Shown piece after piece: positions 24,994 to 36,447 of a stretch of 64,000 nt of DNA. The stretch lies in the NCBI GenBank assembly GCA_002633005.1, contig NMRA01000127.1, forward strand, positions 442,438-506,437, in the 5' to 3' direction. The notes under the pieces were generated by a model. That model ran no database searches and had not been told where the DNA came from. It saw only the letters and a list, made by a program, of their open reading frames with translations. Position numbers and translations under genes: made by a program. This DNA is from Phoronis australis. Lineage: Eukaryota; Animalia; Phoronida. Within the stretch, counting starts at the first letter, position 1; every line of letters begins with the position of its first letter.

Positions 24994-27569
24994 GTAATTT
25001 GATGACATAGTGGTTGTAAAATTTTTTTCTAAAAACACTGGGAAATTCTGTGTTTTAAATCCTCGTTGAAGAACCCCGAATGCCGTCCATCAGCTAATGT
25101 GTCCATCTTGCAACAACCACCTATTTCATTATGTCAAAGCAATATTAAAATAGCTGTTCTGAAACTTTTCATTTTTGACCTCGCGCTCATGCAAATGAGC
25201 TGAGAGTCAATCTTTTAAACAAAGTCGGGCTTTTCCTGACCAATTTAATATATACTTACAACTAGACATGGTCTGTGATTTTAATTAAAACTGTCCTTTG
25301 TAGGACCCCTAGATTTTGAAGTTGTGTCTGACTTCTCAAGGTCGTAGGACTTGGTTGACTAGTTGGAGGTCAATTAAATCCTGAATGAGAGTCAATTTGT
25401 ATATGCCTGGTTGAAATTGCGTATATTTTATTGAGATTGACCTATTGATGGGTTTCCTCAGTTAACCAACTGTCATTGTGGTTGGTGATTAATTGCACTC
25501 AAAATGCACCCAACTCTTATTTTTATGCTTTATTGATCTTTGCTAATTAACAGAAAACTACCTTTCCCACGTAATGCACTTATGAAGAACACAAAATGGT
25601 TTTACGATACTTTTCCTTCAGTTTCACTAGTTCAGAACGTCGTAAAACTTGTCTCACCATACAAGACATCACAAAAGTATGAACATTTTGTAAATTAAAA
25701 CTTTTTATAAATTGTGTTTTATTAATTGAAGTGATCATGTGTAGTGACTATTTTGTTTGTAAATCACAAGAAATTCAAATTTCAACTTAAGACTTACTCT
25801 AATGAACTCTGTTCGTTTTGAAAAAATTGAACTCGTGTTGAAAGATCATTTTTTGTGACAAGGTTTTGACTGAACTGGTTTGTGTTAAAATTGCGTTGTG
25901 AGGTTTGCACTTAAAGAAGCCAACAGTTTGTCTTTGATGTCAAGTTATGATCACTGTGGTGAACATTGGCATTCAGATCATACATATTTCATCTAGATCT
26001 TTTGTAAACATTTAGTGGCTGTTAACCTACCGGTAAGTTGTGCTACTTGAACAACTGGATTTATTTTTGTTGACCATTTATTGGTGATATGCACAAGCAC
26101 AAACAACTGGATATATCAGTTCATTTCAAGGATCAGTTGTTTCACAAGATGGTGAACTCATTTTTGTTAAGGGGGTTTAGGATTATTTGTTACAATGATT
26201 TGGACTAAGGCTGTTGGGTGGGATAGTCGTCTTGAAGTTATTGGCTTTTACAACATATAAACCTGCAAAATCTTGTGACAAATTGTTACTCACTGGCTAA
26301 CACTTGTTGGCCTGGATTCAGTACCTGTTTAATATGCTTAAAATACTCTTCCCATTAATCGAGCATGGACTAGCCCTGCCAGCAGAACTTTAGACTGTAA
26401 CTGCTGGGTTTGCGGGTTTGATTCAGTACTGAGGTAAATCCCGCAAAATATCTTGCCTTGTTGACTGTGCCCCTTCGAGCTATGAAGAAGACATGGAGTG
26501 AGACTGAATTAAAAGTTAGGCATAATCCGCCAAATCTGAAGAACTGCTTTGCATTACTTCTGTGTTTCTTTACAATTCTGTTGTTGTACAGTTCTCTGAA
26601 TGGGTGTTCGCTCCCCTGTCAGTGTGGAGGAGCAGACGAATCTGTCTTTCAAACATATGGTGTTAATACATTTTCAAATCTCTGTTTTCAATCATATTCC
26701 TATTAGGCATAGCTACAGTAATATCTCATCAATATGGTGGACAAGTGAGGTTTTGTTTCTTCAAGTTTTAAGTTATTTTGCGAAGTTGTGGGCATTCAAA
26801 ACAAGATCTAAAGTCTTTTTGAAAAGTCAAATTCGATATGAATGAAAATGACAAAAATCCATATGTAGACAGTACAGATATTGAAAATCGAATGTTCTGA
26901 TCAAAGCAATCTTCATCAGCAGTGTACGCTAATATGGTACAGACTAGAAAAAAATAGGCTAAATATTAATTTATTAATGTAATATTTCATTTAACCTTAC
27001 AATGCTAACGAAAAGTGCATTGCTTGGAATGTTTATTGTACCATCTAATTTCATCTTTTTATTTTTATCCGCATACATCAATTAATATAATTTTTGATGT
27101 AGTTTTTGCCTCCAGTTTTCGAAATCCATCCATATGTGTCTAATAATAGTTTGTTTGAGACTACATCAGAACATGATAGTTAACACCTACAGTCTGATTA
27201 GACACTATAAGGTACTGCCTCTGTCTGGCAGACAATTCACGCTGATTACTTAGGTGTGTTTACGATTTAGTCGTGTCAGTTAGCACTTGTCAAGAATCAT
27301 TTCTCATTCAGCAGTTGTACATTAGTTATGAGTATTGCCTGCCATAAATCCTGGCTGTTGATACTGATCTGGCTTTTTACCAGGTGCGAATCTTGGAGGA
27401 CCCAAGGGTCTGTGACTTGGCATTTCTTTGGTAAACGAATCTCAGGCATTTCCATCCCAGTGTTGGAGCACTCTTCTTGTGATTTTTACTTCTTTCACTG
27501 ACTGGAACGTCTACAACTCTTGTAAACACTCATTAGATTATAGCTATTGTTGTAGTGTTTATGATCAAT

Positions 27570-28052
27570 TTTTGAGCTGAAATAGCAGTGCCAGCATGCC
27601 CCATTAATCTGTGAACAGTTGTTATACAGTTGTTATTGTTGTTTCAATGATTATGAGTTGAGCTGAGATGGTGGTAACTAACATGCACCAGTAACCAGTG
27701 AACACTTGTTATACTGTTGTTATTGTTGTTTCAGTGATTATGAGTTGAGCTGAGATGGTGGTAACTAACATGCACCAGTAACCAGTGAACACTTGTTATA
27801 CGGTTGTTATTGTTATTTCAGTGATTATGAGTTGAGCTGAGATGGCGGTGCCTAACATGCATCCTAACACAGTGAACACTTGTTTTACTTTTGTTGTTGT
27901 TATTTCAGTGATTATGAGTTGAGCTAAGATGGCAGTGCCTAACATGCATCATAACCCAGTGAATAGTTCTTATACTGTTGTTATTGTTATTTCAGTGATT
28001 ATGAGTTGAGCTGAGATGGCGGTGCCTAACATGCACCATAACCCTGTGAACA
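27570..28052 (+). repeat. 87-bp tandem array (5 copies plus one degenerate partial) of the ZMIZ1 intron/first-coding-exon junction
   Basis: ATGs at 27668, 27755, 27842, 27929 and 28016 give an exact 87-nt period. The unit is 30 nt of intron end (...TTTCAG), 20 nt of 5'UTR and 37 nt of coding start. The last copy continues into the real exon. Confidence 0.95.
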
Positions 28053-28114
28053 ATCTGATGGAGATGGACCGCCATGTCCAACAGACTGTTGATAGACTTG
28101 AATGCATCAAACAG
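28016..28114 (+). CDS. ZMIZ1: ZMIZ1-like (Zimp10, MIZ/SP-RING coactivator) first coding exon; exon probably begins at 27996
   Basis: MAVPNMHHNPVNNLMEMDRHVQQTVDRLECIKQ matches the vertebrate N-terminus MDRHIQQTNDRLQCIKQ. Acceptor TTTCAG at 27995 and donor CAG|GTGAGT, phase 0. Other in-frame ATGs are at 28031, 28058 and 28064, so the exact start is uncertain. Confidence 0.92.
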
Positions 28115-31100
28115 GTGAGTGGCTGACAATGCAATAAATTGTTAGAGTAGAATTAGTTTGCTAATCTCATGGTACCGATTTAACATGTTCTTTGTCTGTC
28201 TGGAGTGCTCTTGCATATGTGCAAGCATTCCTTTAAAACCATTGGCATGTGTAAAAAAACTATTTTGGCTTATGCTAATCTTAAACGTCTCAGCTTTAAG
28301 ATAAATTAAAAGTGTCCTGAAGTTTTTGACTTAAATTAATTGTCTGTGTGAAGTCTGTCTTGCTGTAGATTTCTGCCGAGAAGCCCAGCCAATTTTAAGC
28401 TCTGTAAGAATGATTGAATTCTAAAACTTTCTCGATATATATTCGCATTTAATAACTTTTGGTTTCCATAAAATACCGTTTTGGGAAATATACTCAGGTA
28501 GCATACCAGAAATCAAAGTCTCCTTTTTTGGAGGTCATATTAGACATTTCAATGGACTGCAGATGACGACAAAATGGTTGATAAATTTGGGTTTAGACAG
28601 GAAAATGTTGTGCATAGGGCTGTGTTCTGTAGACGCCAGAATCTGGTGAAAACAAAAGTTCATGCAAGTCTTCGCAAGATGTCATCGTGCATTACAAGTG
28701 CAACATATCATTATACTAGCTTTACTTGCAAAATTCTTGCATGTTCGAAATGCAGTCCAAGTAAAGCCCTCGTGCTTGGTAGCTACAACAAATTCTGACA
28801 CAAATTAAATATCTGCGATGAATTTAAACGACAGGCATTTTAATGTACCTAAAATTGACTTAAGATAGGGTAAAATTCAGAAACTTATAACGATCTTAGT
28901 TTAGATATTTGATTGGAATGCAAAATTTAAAACCAATAATGAACTTAAGCTAGTTTCTCGCATCAGGCCCATGTTAATTCATTTTTTAAATTCGACTGAT
29001 GATAATTTTTCATGGGAAACCACAAAAGGCAGCTATAGTTCTGTTAGTGTTTCAGTGTATTCCCTGAGTTTGGAACATAGTATGTCATTTCAATGAACAA
29101 GTGGCGTATCAGCTGACAATTTCATTAGTTGATTTGATTAAAATGGTACTGTGTTGCTTTTCTGGCATTTACTTGCAACGAAACTGCCAAACTTGTTGCT
29201 TTTTGACACTTAGCTCTGGCTAATTGCCTCACCTTTTGTTTCAAAATTCCCCAGCAGATTTGGTTAATATATAGACACTGTAAACCTGCCTCTGACGTTA
29301 GAGCTAGACCACTTACCATTATAAAACTGGTGTCGCTAGCCTTTTGTTACTAACCTGAGAAGTGCTTTTGGGCTTGGAATGAGAGTTCGTTATTGCTCAA
29401 GACCATCCACGATAAAACGATAGTTGGTTCTGGTCTCTGGTTTTATCTATGCTGTGTAGCGTTTTTTGTAGTTGTTCACTTTTGCAGATAAGAAAATCAA
29501 CCTGCAACTAGCAAAAATGTGGCAGAATTTATTTTTTCAATCATCACTTGGCAAACCAAATCACATCACACTGTATCAAAGTTCATTTTCAAAGCAATTA
29601 CTATAGAGTGATCATTTTCAGATGTGTGGGAAAAATTGTTGCAAAATTATTCATATGGTCTGTCTTTACGCAAAAAAAATCACCATTAAGCCTGGTTTTG
29701 AGTGGTAGTGAATTGTTGTTCGTAAGCATGGAAATTACATCTCTTGTAGAGGTTTTATCGGTATGTGATCTAAAGTTAATTTTGACAAACGTGGCTTTGA
29801 GACTGGTGAACACTGGACTGGGGGGACCATAATAGTTGTATCCACAGCACTCAAACAGTCTTGTTATCTCAAAGGGATGTTTTGAGTTGCTTTGAACACA
29901 TAATACAAATATGGGATTTTGATTCAGAGAATTGTTGCAAAAGACCCTCATACTGGCTCATAGTAATCATTTTTTGTACTTCGAGTGACAAACTTCAAAA
30001 TGTGCTCACGGTAAATGCTTTTTAGTACTTCAGGCGATAAATTTTAACTTGTCACCAAAGATAAACCGTTTTTTTCTGTACCCTGGTTGATAAACTGTGA
30101 AGTGTCAGCAACGATAAGGTAGTGTAGTGATGAGGAATACTTAAGATTGATTTTATGTAACGGTTGGGGGTGTACCGGGTCATATGACATTTAATATAAA
30201 GGTAGGACATGACATCTGAACCCAAACTAATCTTTGTATTTGTCAAAACAGGTTTTGGCATTTCTATTTCATCCTTCCAAACAAATCTAGATAAAAGCTG
30301 CTCGTGTAAATCTGAATATGATTTATTTTCGAGAAGAAATTGCATTTCTGATTTTACCTTTTAACTGTCGCAACAGGGACATATTCTCTCCTCTCTATAA
30401 AAACACTTAGCGATCCCTTACCTATCAATAAAGAATGTGGGGCATTCTTAATCCTGTGAAGGCTACTGTGTGTGAAATATTTTCTAAATGTTTGTTTGAA
30501 TGTTTAGATGGTTGGCTCACCCCTGCTAGGATGACTCTTCTCAGTGTAGTTGTTAAGTTTAGGTAGATGTTTTTAACAGGTAGACACTGAAACCTAACTA
30601 CATTTGCTAGTTTGCCAGAAAATGCTTTTAGACTATATTATGTACCTTGGTCACACGGTTGATTGCATAGGTGGGGCAGCCTTTATCTATCAATGTGCAT
30701 TTAGCGGAAAAATTTGTAGACCTGTTGACGCCATGTCGCAAATGATTTTTTATAATTGAACCATGTTTTCTGGTATGCATGTAATGGTATCTACGCCACT
30801 GTCAAGGCTGATTGTGTGCAAGGACCACTGCAGACGGAGAGCTGCGAGTTCAGCTGTCTGTCTTGAGACAAGCTTGCTTCACATTGCTCTCTGCACATAG
30901 CGAAGGAACACGCTCACTGACTTGTAAATTACAACCATATTAACTGGCATCAAAATAATAATTTTGAATAAGTGAGCAAGAGAGATATTTGTTATTGTCA
31001 GGTGATGAAATAATTAATTTTCTTTGACTATCGAAGGTAATCAGCTGAGCACTTTGCCGTTCTGTCAAATGATTTGCTGTCCTGACAAGTTAACATGAGC

Positions 31101-31317
31101 CCTAAAAGCCCTTAGCAAGGAAGGAGTTGAATTCAATATGGCCGTCCTAGATTACTCAGTGACACTCAAATCTTGCTGTATGTACTCACAATGTGGTAAA
31201 CATCCGTCAGCCACATTTGCTGCCTCGTTTTCATGCCAATGGTGTTTCCGATGTTATTTCTTGTTGCTTTATCCTTTACAAGTTTTTCTCCATTGCATGG
31301 CTCTATTCATTTTTCCA

Positions 31318-31430
31318 ATGCCAATGAAGTATCACTGCTGTGCTGATCGTTGTAATTCCAACGTGACAAAGTTTGATAAACTGGGCAAATACCCGTGGAT
31401 GCGTGATCTAAAATTCTTCACTTTCTTGAC
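31318..31430 (+). pseudogene. Truncated THAP-domain-like ORF start, probably a DNA-transposon relic
   Basis: MPMKYHCCADRCNSN...LKFFTF fits the N-terminal half of a THAP zinc finger (MP..CC...C.N...hxFFxFP). The Trp and CxxH half is absent. It lies in a CpG-richer block at ~31130-31640. Confidence 0.45.
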
Positions 31431-33645
31431 ATCAATGAGAGCATGTCGTGAACGATACGCTTACGCGAAAGTAACGCATTTCTAAAGATATGCGTGACTT
31501 GTTACCGCTCGTCCTTCTGAACGGCTTTCATTGGGATCAGAGATAGCGCGGCGCCGGAGTCGGACTCAGTTGCGATGACCACATTGTCCGGTGCGGGCAA
31601 GACCCAATTAAGTGTAATTTCCCGACCATAAACTGTAGTAAACATCTCTGCCTGTACTTAGAGGTGAATTTTCAAAATGCATTAACCAACGGTTTTCGTT
31701 AAAAACAAATATCACAGCTGTATTCAGATGGAAAAAAACAACCAAGTTTGGTTTTCAGTTTTCAAAAAACTACAAACATTGGGTACGATTGAAGATAAAC
31801 GACTGTGCGTATTGATATACTCGGTGATTTACAAACACTGATCAGAGTTAACAAAACACGTGGATTATTCTTTTAATATACAACTAAGCTACATTTAAAC
31901 ATCTATGAACAACTCACAGTGACTAAATTAGTGTCAAAAAATTTTAAAACATCGCTTATGGCCCAGTGCATGCCGAACTACTTTACTCCAGAGTAGTACA
32001 CTAACCGGAAAACTGCTATTCGTGCAAATGCGCCATTTTCGATAGTTAGCTTGTAGTTGTAATGGAACACCTGTGAAGACAACTAAGATGGCTAGCTTTG
32101 TAGTCAACGAGAGAGTGCAAGCAGTGGATGAGGTTGGTTGGTGGGCAAGGGCTCTGATTCCATTTTTTATGACTGAGGAAAAGCTAGAATAGTTATGTAT
32201 TTACTGCAACCAAAATTGTCAAGAGGTTCCAAGTCTTCAATTTGGCTGTTACCATATTTGCACATTTGTATGTATTTTATGATTTCAGTTCTAATAAAAA
32301 TTGAACTTGAACTAATGGCACGTGGAGTTTTGTTTGCTGTGACATGTTTGGTGTTACTCTCGAAAATTCAGGGATGGGTTCACAATTAACTGACTTCTAA
32401 GTTGTTTTAATGCTTTGGTTAAACACAAAATAAAAAGATAACAACCCTAACCGGTAAGAAAAAAGCAAGTAGTCAGGAGTATTAAAATAAAGTAATAAAA
32501 ACAGGTATGAAACATATTTAAAACCAACGTTCCTTTGGGAAGTGGCCCTTTGTCAAGATCAACGCTAATTAACTTTTTAATCTTTTTGTAATGTTTAAAA
32601 TGTACCAAGTTAAAACTGCTCTCGATCATATTGTGCAGAGAAAAACAATTTGAGTGTAATAACACCACCATTTTTAAGAAAGTAGTGCTAGCTATCACCT
32701 TTTCACTTCATTAGCTCAGATCTACATCAATCCAAAGTGTGTGCTGAATAGGGATCATAAAAGTTGTCTGTGGCTTAGGGACTCAGAGCGGTGACCAGTG
32801 TAAGCGAGAAATTCTCCACATGGACACGAAAATGTGCCAGATTTCCAAAACTAGATTGTGTGTTTTCTTGTCTCCATGACAAAGAGAGTTCTATCACAGT
32901 GTAATTCGGGACAGTCCTATTACTCTCACACTTTCATGTAAAGGACTTGCAAAAAGGCCCTCATTTTCTAACCTTAACCTCAGAAAATGTATTTGAGCCT
33001 TAACCCTCCCATCCAAGGTGCCCCCTTTCTAAAATTGGCCGTCCAAGATAATCAGGCCGGTCGCTACATATGTGCCTGATCAGAGTTAAAAGGGTGACAT
33101 GTTACATTATGTTAAGTAAAAAGCATGTATGAGTTTACATATTTCCTTTATCTTATCTCGATTCTTAACCTTCACTCCTTGTACAAATCATTCTCCCTGA
33201 TATTTGATACCCCCATGTTTAACCATTATTGTCTTGTTTACTCAACTTAACATTTATTGAAAATGTTATATTTCTATGTTGACTGGCAAGTTAATGAGGA
33301 AGTGTATCAGATCAATGAGGGCGTAAAGGTCATGTAGAAACACTGGGGTCAAGGTGGTTTTGTTTATGGGGTTTATTAATTGTTCCGAGTAAACAGCACC
33401 TCCCTCCCTGGCAGCTGCAGCTGACCTGGGGGTAACGAAATCAGTTTGAAATTGTTTCATTTTTGGATGCGCGGGTACTCTACAATATTTTTGATAGGGG
33501 GAGAGGGTGCAACTGAAAAGCTAGGATACCCATCCATTGAGAGTATGGACTCTAAAAAGGGACTGATTTGTAAGTTTAGACATTACAGTTTTACTGCTTT
33601 TATAATTTCTTTAAGTTAATTAACGGCCTCTGTGCTCTGTTTCAG

Positions 33646-33759
33646 CATTTGTCCAACCCAGGTGGTTTTCAGAATGCTGCCAGAGAACTGCTGGAGTGGT
33701 GCTCGGACACGCGCGCCTTCCAACGCCCTTTTGAACAGGGTCTGATGGGCTGTCTTACT
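33646..33759 (+). CDS. ZMIZ1: ZMIZ1-like second coding exon (114 nt)
   Basis: [38 protein letters not shown] versus vertebrate [38 protein letters not shown]. Acceptor TCTGTTTCAG| and donor |GTAAGT, phase 0/0. Confidence 0.97.
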
Positions 33760-33786
33760 GTAAGTGCTATTGTTATTTCTGTTTTC

Positions 33787-33987
33787 TTTAGCACAGCCTC
33801 AGAAATCGCTTTCGCATTATATCCAGGTCGTCATTCTCTCCCTTGCACTTATTGACTGGTAAGACGAGCTCAGAAAAGTAGGAGACACCTTTGTGGGATG
33901 CTCGATTGTCAGCCAGTGAATCCAGTATTTGAATCTGTGTCTCCCAAGTGGGAATCCGGAGCTCTGACCACTGAGCCACGCTGGCTC
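33787..33987 (-). mobile_element. tRNA-derived SINE, copy 1
   Basis: The minus-strand head has A box TGGCTCAGTGG, then TTCCCACTTGGGAGAC and a degenerate B box GATTCAAATAC. Body (AAAGGTGTCTCCTACT) and tail (GATTTCTGAGGCTGTGCTAAA) are shared with copies 2 and 3. Confidence 0.85.
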
Positions 33988-35205
33988 AGTTTCAGCTTGG
34001 TTAATTGCACATGCCAGTTCAGGTTCATGACTTGCGAGGGTCCAAGAGGGGTTAAGTAAATGGATCAGTTAGAAATTTCCCTTTGTAAAGTAAAAGTGAC
34101 GGAGAAGGGTCAGAATTTTATGGACTCCTCTGATTGGGCTCGCCTGAATTACGACTTGCAATATCATCAAATTCTGAGTCTACAAAATGCAGCCGAATTA
34201 GGGTGCTCAGTTTTGAAGAAATTGGAGTAGTTGAACTAGCAGAATTGTTGTTACTTAATTTTTAATTAATTTTGTCACATAAAAGACACTTTAAAGTTCA
34301 AGAAATATTGGAATCAGTTTTGAAAAGGCCAACTTTAGTCACAAAATGAAAAATATCACTTTCGTGTCATATGCATTTCACTTTTGTCGATCACTTAGTG
34401 AAATTTATAAAGTGTAAAATTTATCCTTTGTGTAGCTGTCCAAAGGGTAAAACTATGTTGCTCCCTCAATAAATATTGAAAGTAAAATCCTTCATCCACT
34501 GAAATCCAAGGACCTGGCTGTCTCGGGGATCAGGAATTGTCTCCGTGGCTCGAGAATCATCTCCCCGTACAATGTTCTCAGCTGACCTCTAGTGGGAAAA
34601 GTTGATAACGCCTCTGTTGTTCTGTCATCTGTAAAGTTTAATTGCCAAGCAATTCCCAAGCGAGCTCATGTAACCTGCGGCTTCTTGCAGTCAGGCACGA
34701 GGAAAATAACATGTACTGACAAGCAATGCTATTAAGGCATTAAATCAGCTAGAGCATCTGCCAGGGAAATTACTTGATAGGACTACATGTATAAAACATT
34801 AACAATTGTTTTCCCAGAGAACAATCTACGTAATAGCCTAAGAGCAGTGTAACAAACTCCTTTGCTTGCTGTAAAAGAATTAGTTTATGCTTCGTCGCCA
34901 CTGGTTGTTGGAAATCCTTTTCTTCAATTTCTGCACGCCAGCAGTTGATAATTTACAATTTGCTCATCTTTTAGGGCTATTTAGCATTTAAAAGTTTCAG
35001 CAATCAGTATTAACTAGATATTCAGGTATGCTTCGTAAACCAATGTTTGTATGAATTTCTTGCCCAAGACAAATAGCACAGACAATTTACAAACAGGATC
35101 TGCAAATTTAAAAAAAATAAATATTTTTCAAATTCCTTTTGATTATAAACTGTCACTCATGTACAGTGCATTCAAGATGAGAGGATTTTTTAGCATTCAA
35201 GGTGA

Positions 35206-35413
35206 TTTTTTTAGCACAGCCCCAGGAATTGCTTTTGCATTATATTCATGGTTCTCATTCATTCCTTTGCATACATTCACTAGTAAAACTGTGCTCAAGG
35301 GAGTAGGAGACACCTTTGTGCAATGGCAGGATTATCTGCCAGTAAAGTCCGGATTCAAACCCAGGTCTCCCAAATGGGAGTTCAGAGCTCAAACCACTGA
35401 GTCACACTGTCTC
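35206..35413 (-). mobile_element. tRNA-derived SINE, copy 2
   Basis: Minus-strand head GTGACTCAGTGGTTTGAGCTCTGAACTCCCATTTGGGAGACCTGGGTTTGAATCC. It is colinear with copies 1 and 3 and has an A-rich end. Confidence 0.85.
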
Positions 35414-36341
35414 TTCATGAGAAGAGTCATTATAAACATTGTAGATCACAGCTCATCAAAAGCATTGCCAAAACCGTAGCCAAGGGATTCGCTTTGCTAG
35501 AAATTTCACTTTTGCAGCACCTGCATTGAGAATTGTCAGCTGTTATCGCTAACTGCTGCCGATATACATTGCCGCAAAAATCTGTTCTTAAACTGATGAG
35601 AAAGGGCAGTTACCAATGATAAATGCAGATGATCTTTGGTCAATAGTAATGTTGGAAACTTTCTATTATTAGGGACTCGCTTTGCGACAAAATCAATTAT
35701 GAAATTGATTTCTTCTATTCACTGTCAGGTATCATTTGTGCGGACTGTCATTAAGGTTGGAAACACCTACAGTTTAGCGCAAGCCTCTGCTGGCGCCAAG
35801 CTACCTTGTGCCTTCTCATTAGACTAGGAGTGTATGTTTTCCAGTTCCTAATTGTGTAAGCTTCGCAAAATTGATCACCAGACTTTTTTATTCTGATGGT
35901 ACAGTTTGCCAATTGCTTTTAACCCAATGCTGAATACAACAGTTTTGGAAAAAATAGACAGACGTCTGTAAATTTCAGACTCAAAATATACAGTCCTTTA
36001 CCTAATTGTTTCTTTCAATTTCCTTCTAAATTTTTGTTGTAACATGACTCTCATTAGATATTAAATATGGACAATCTTATACTGCAACAAAGGCATAAAT
36101 CTCACTATTTCAGTCATATTTTTTAGAAGCTGATAGTAACGGACAGGTAATAACATGTTTTTTTTGTTCAAATTGGATTGTAACATTCACCCTTGTTTGA
36201 GCAATCACTGCTAACCATGCCTCATCCAGTTGCCATTTCGCTGCAGTTTTGCAAATAACTCTACATTTTTGCAGTGCGAATGGATATCTGTTTCCCAAAA
36301 ACTAGAGATGCTACATCTTACACGTTGCTAATGCCTTTCAG

Positions 36342-36447
36342 GTTGTCAGCAGTGTGGCGTCGCAACCTGGCTATGACCTTGACCTTGGCTACAGGTTACT
36401 CGCCGTGTGTGCTGCGCACAGAGACAAGTTTAGCCAAAAGTCTGCGG
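36342..36447 (+). CDS. ZMIZ1: ZMIZ1-like third coding exon (106 nt); CDS continues beyond the window
   Basis: [35 protein letters not shown] versus vertebrate [35 protein letters not shown]. Acceptor CTAATGCCTTTCAG| and donor G|GTGAGT, phase 0/1. Confidence 0.97.

Noticed and set aside
27570-28052. Possible CRISPR-like array (also the 21-bp and 17-bp repeats)
   Set aside because: Units are contiguous with no unique spacers, there are no cas genes, and the context is a spliced eukaryotic gene.
35051-35479. 142-aa ORF with peptide similarity to ORFs at 33649-33855 (tail) and 61543-62134
   Set aside because: The shared peptides are translations of the antisense SINE, not a protein family.
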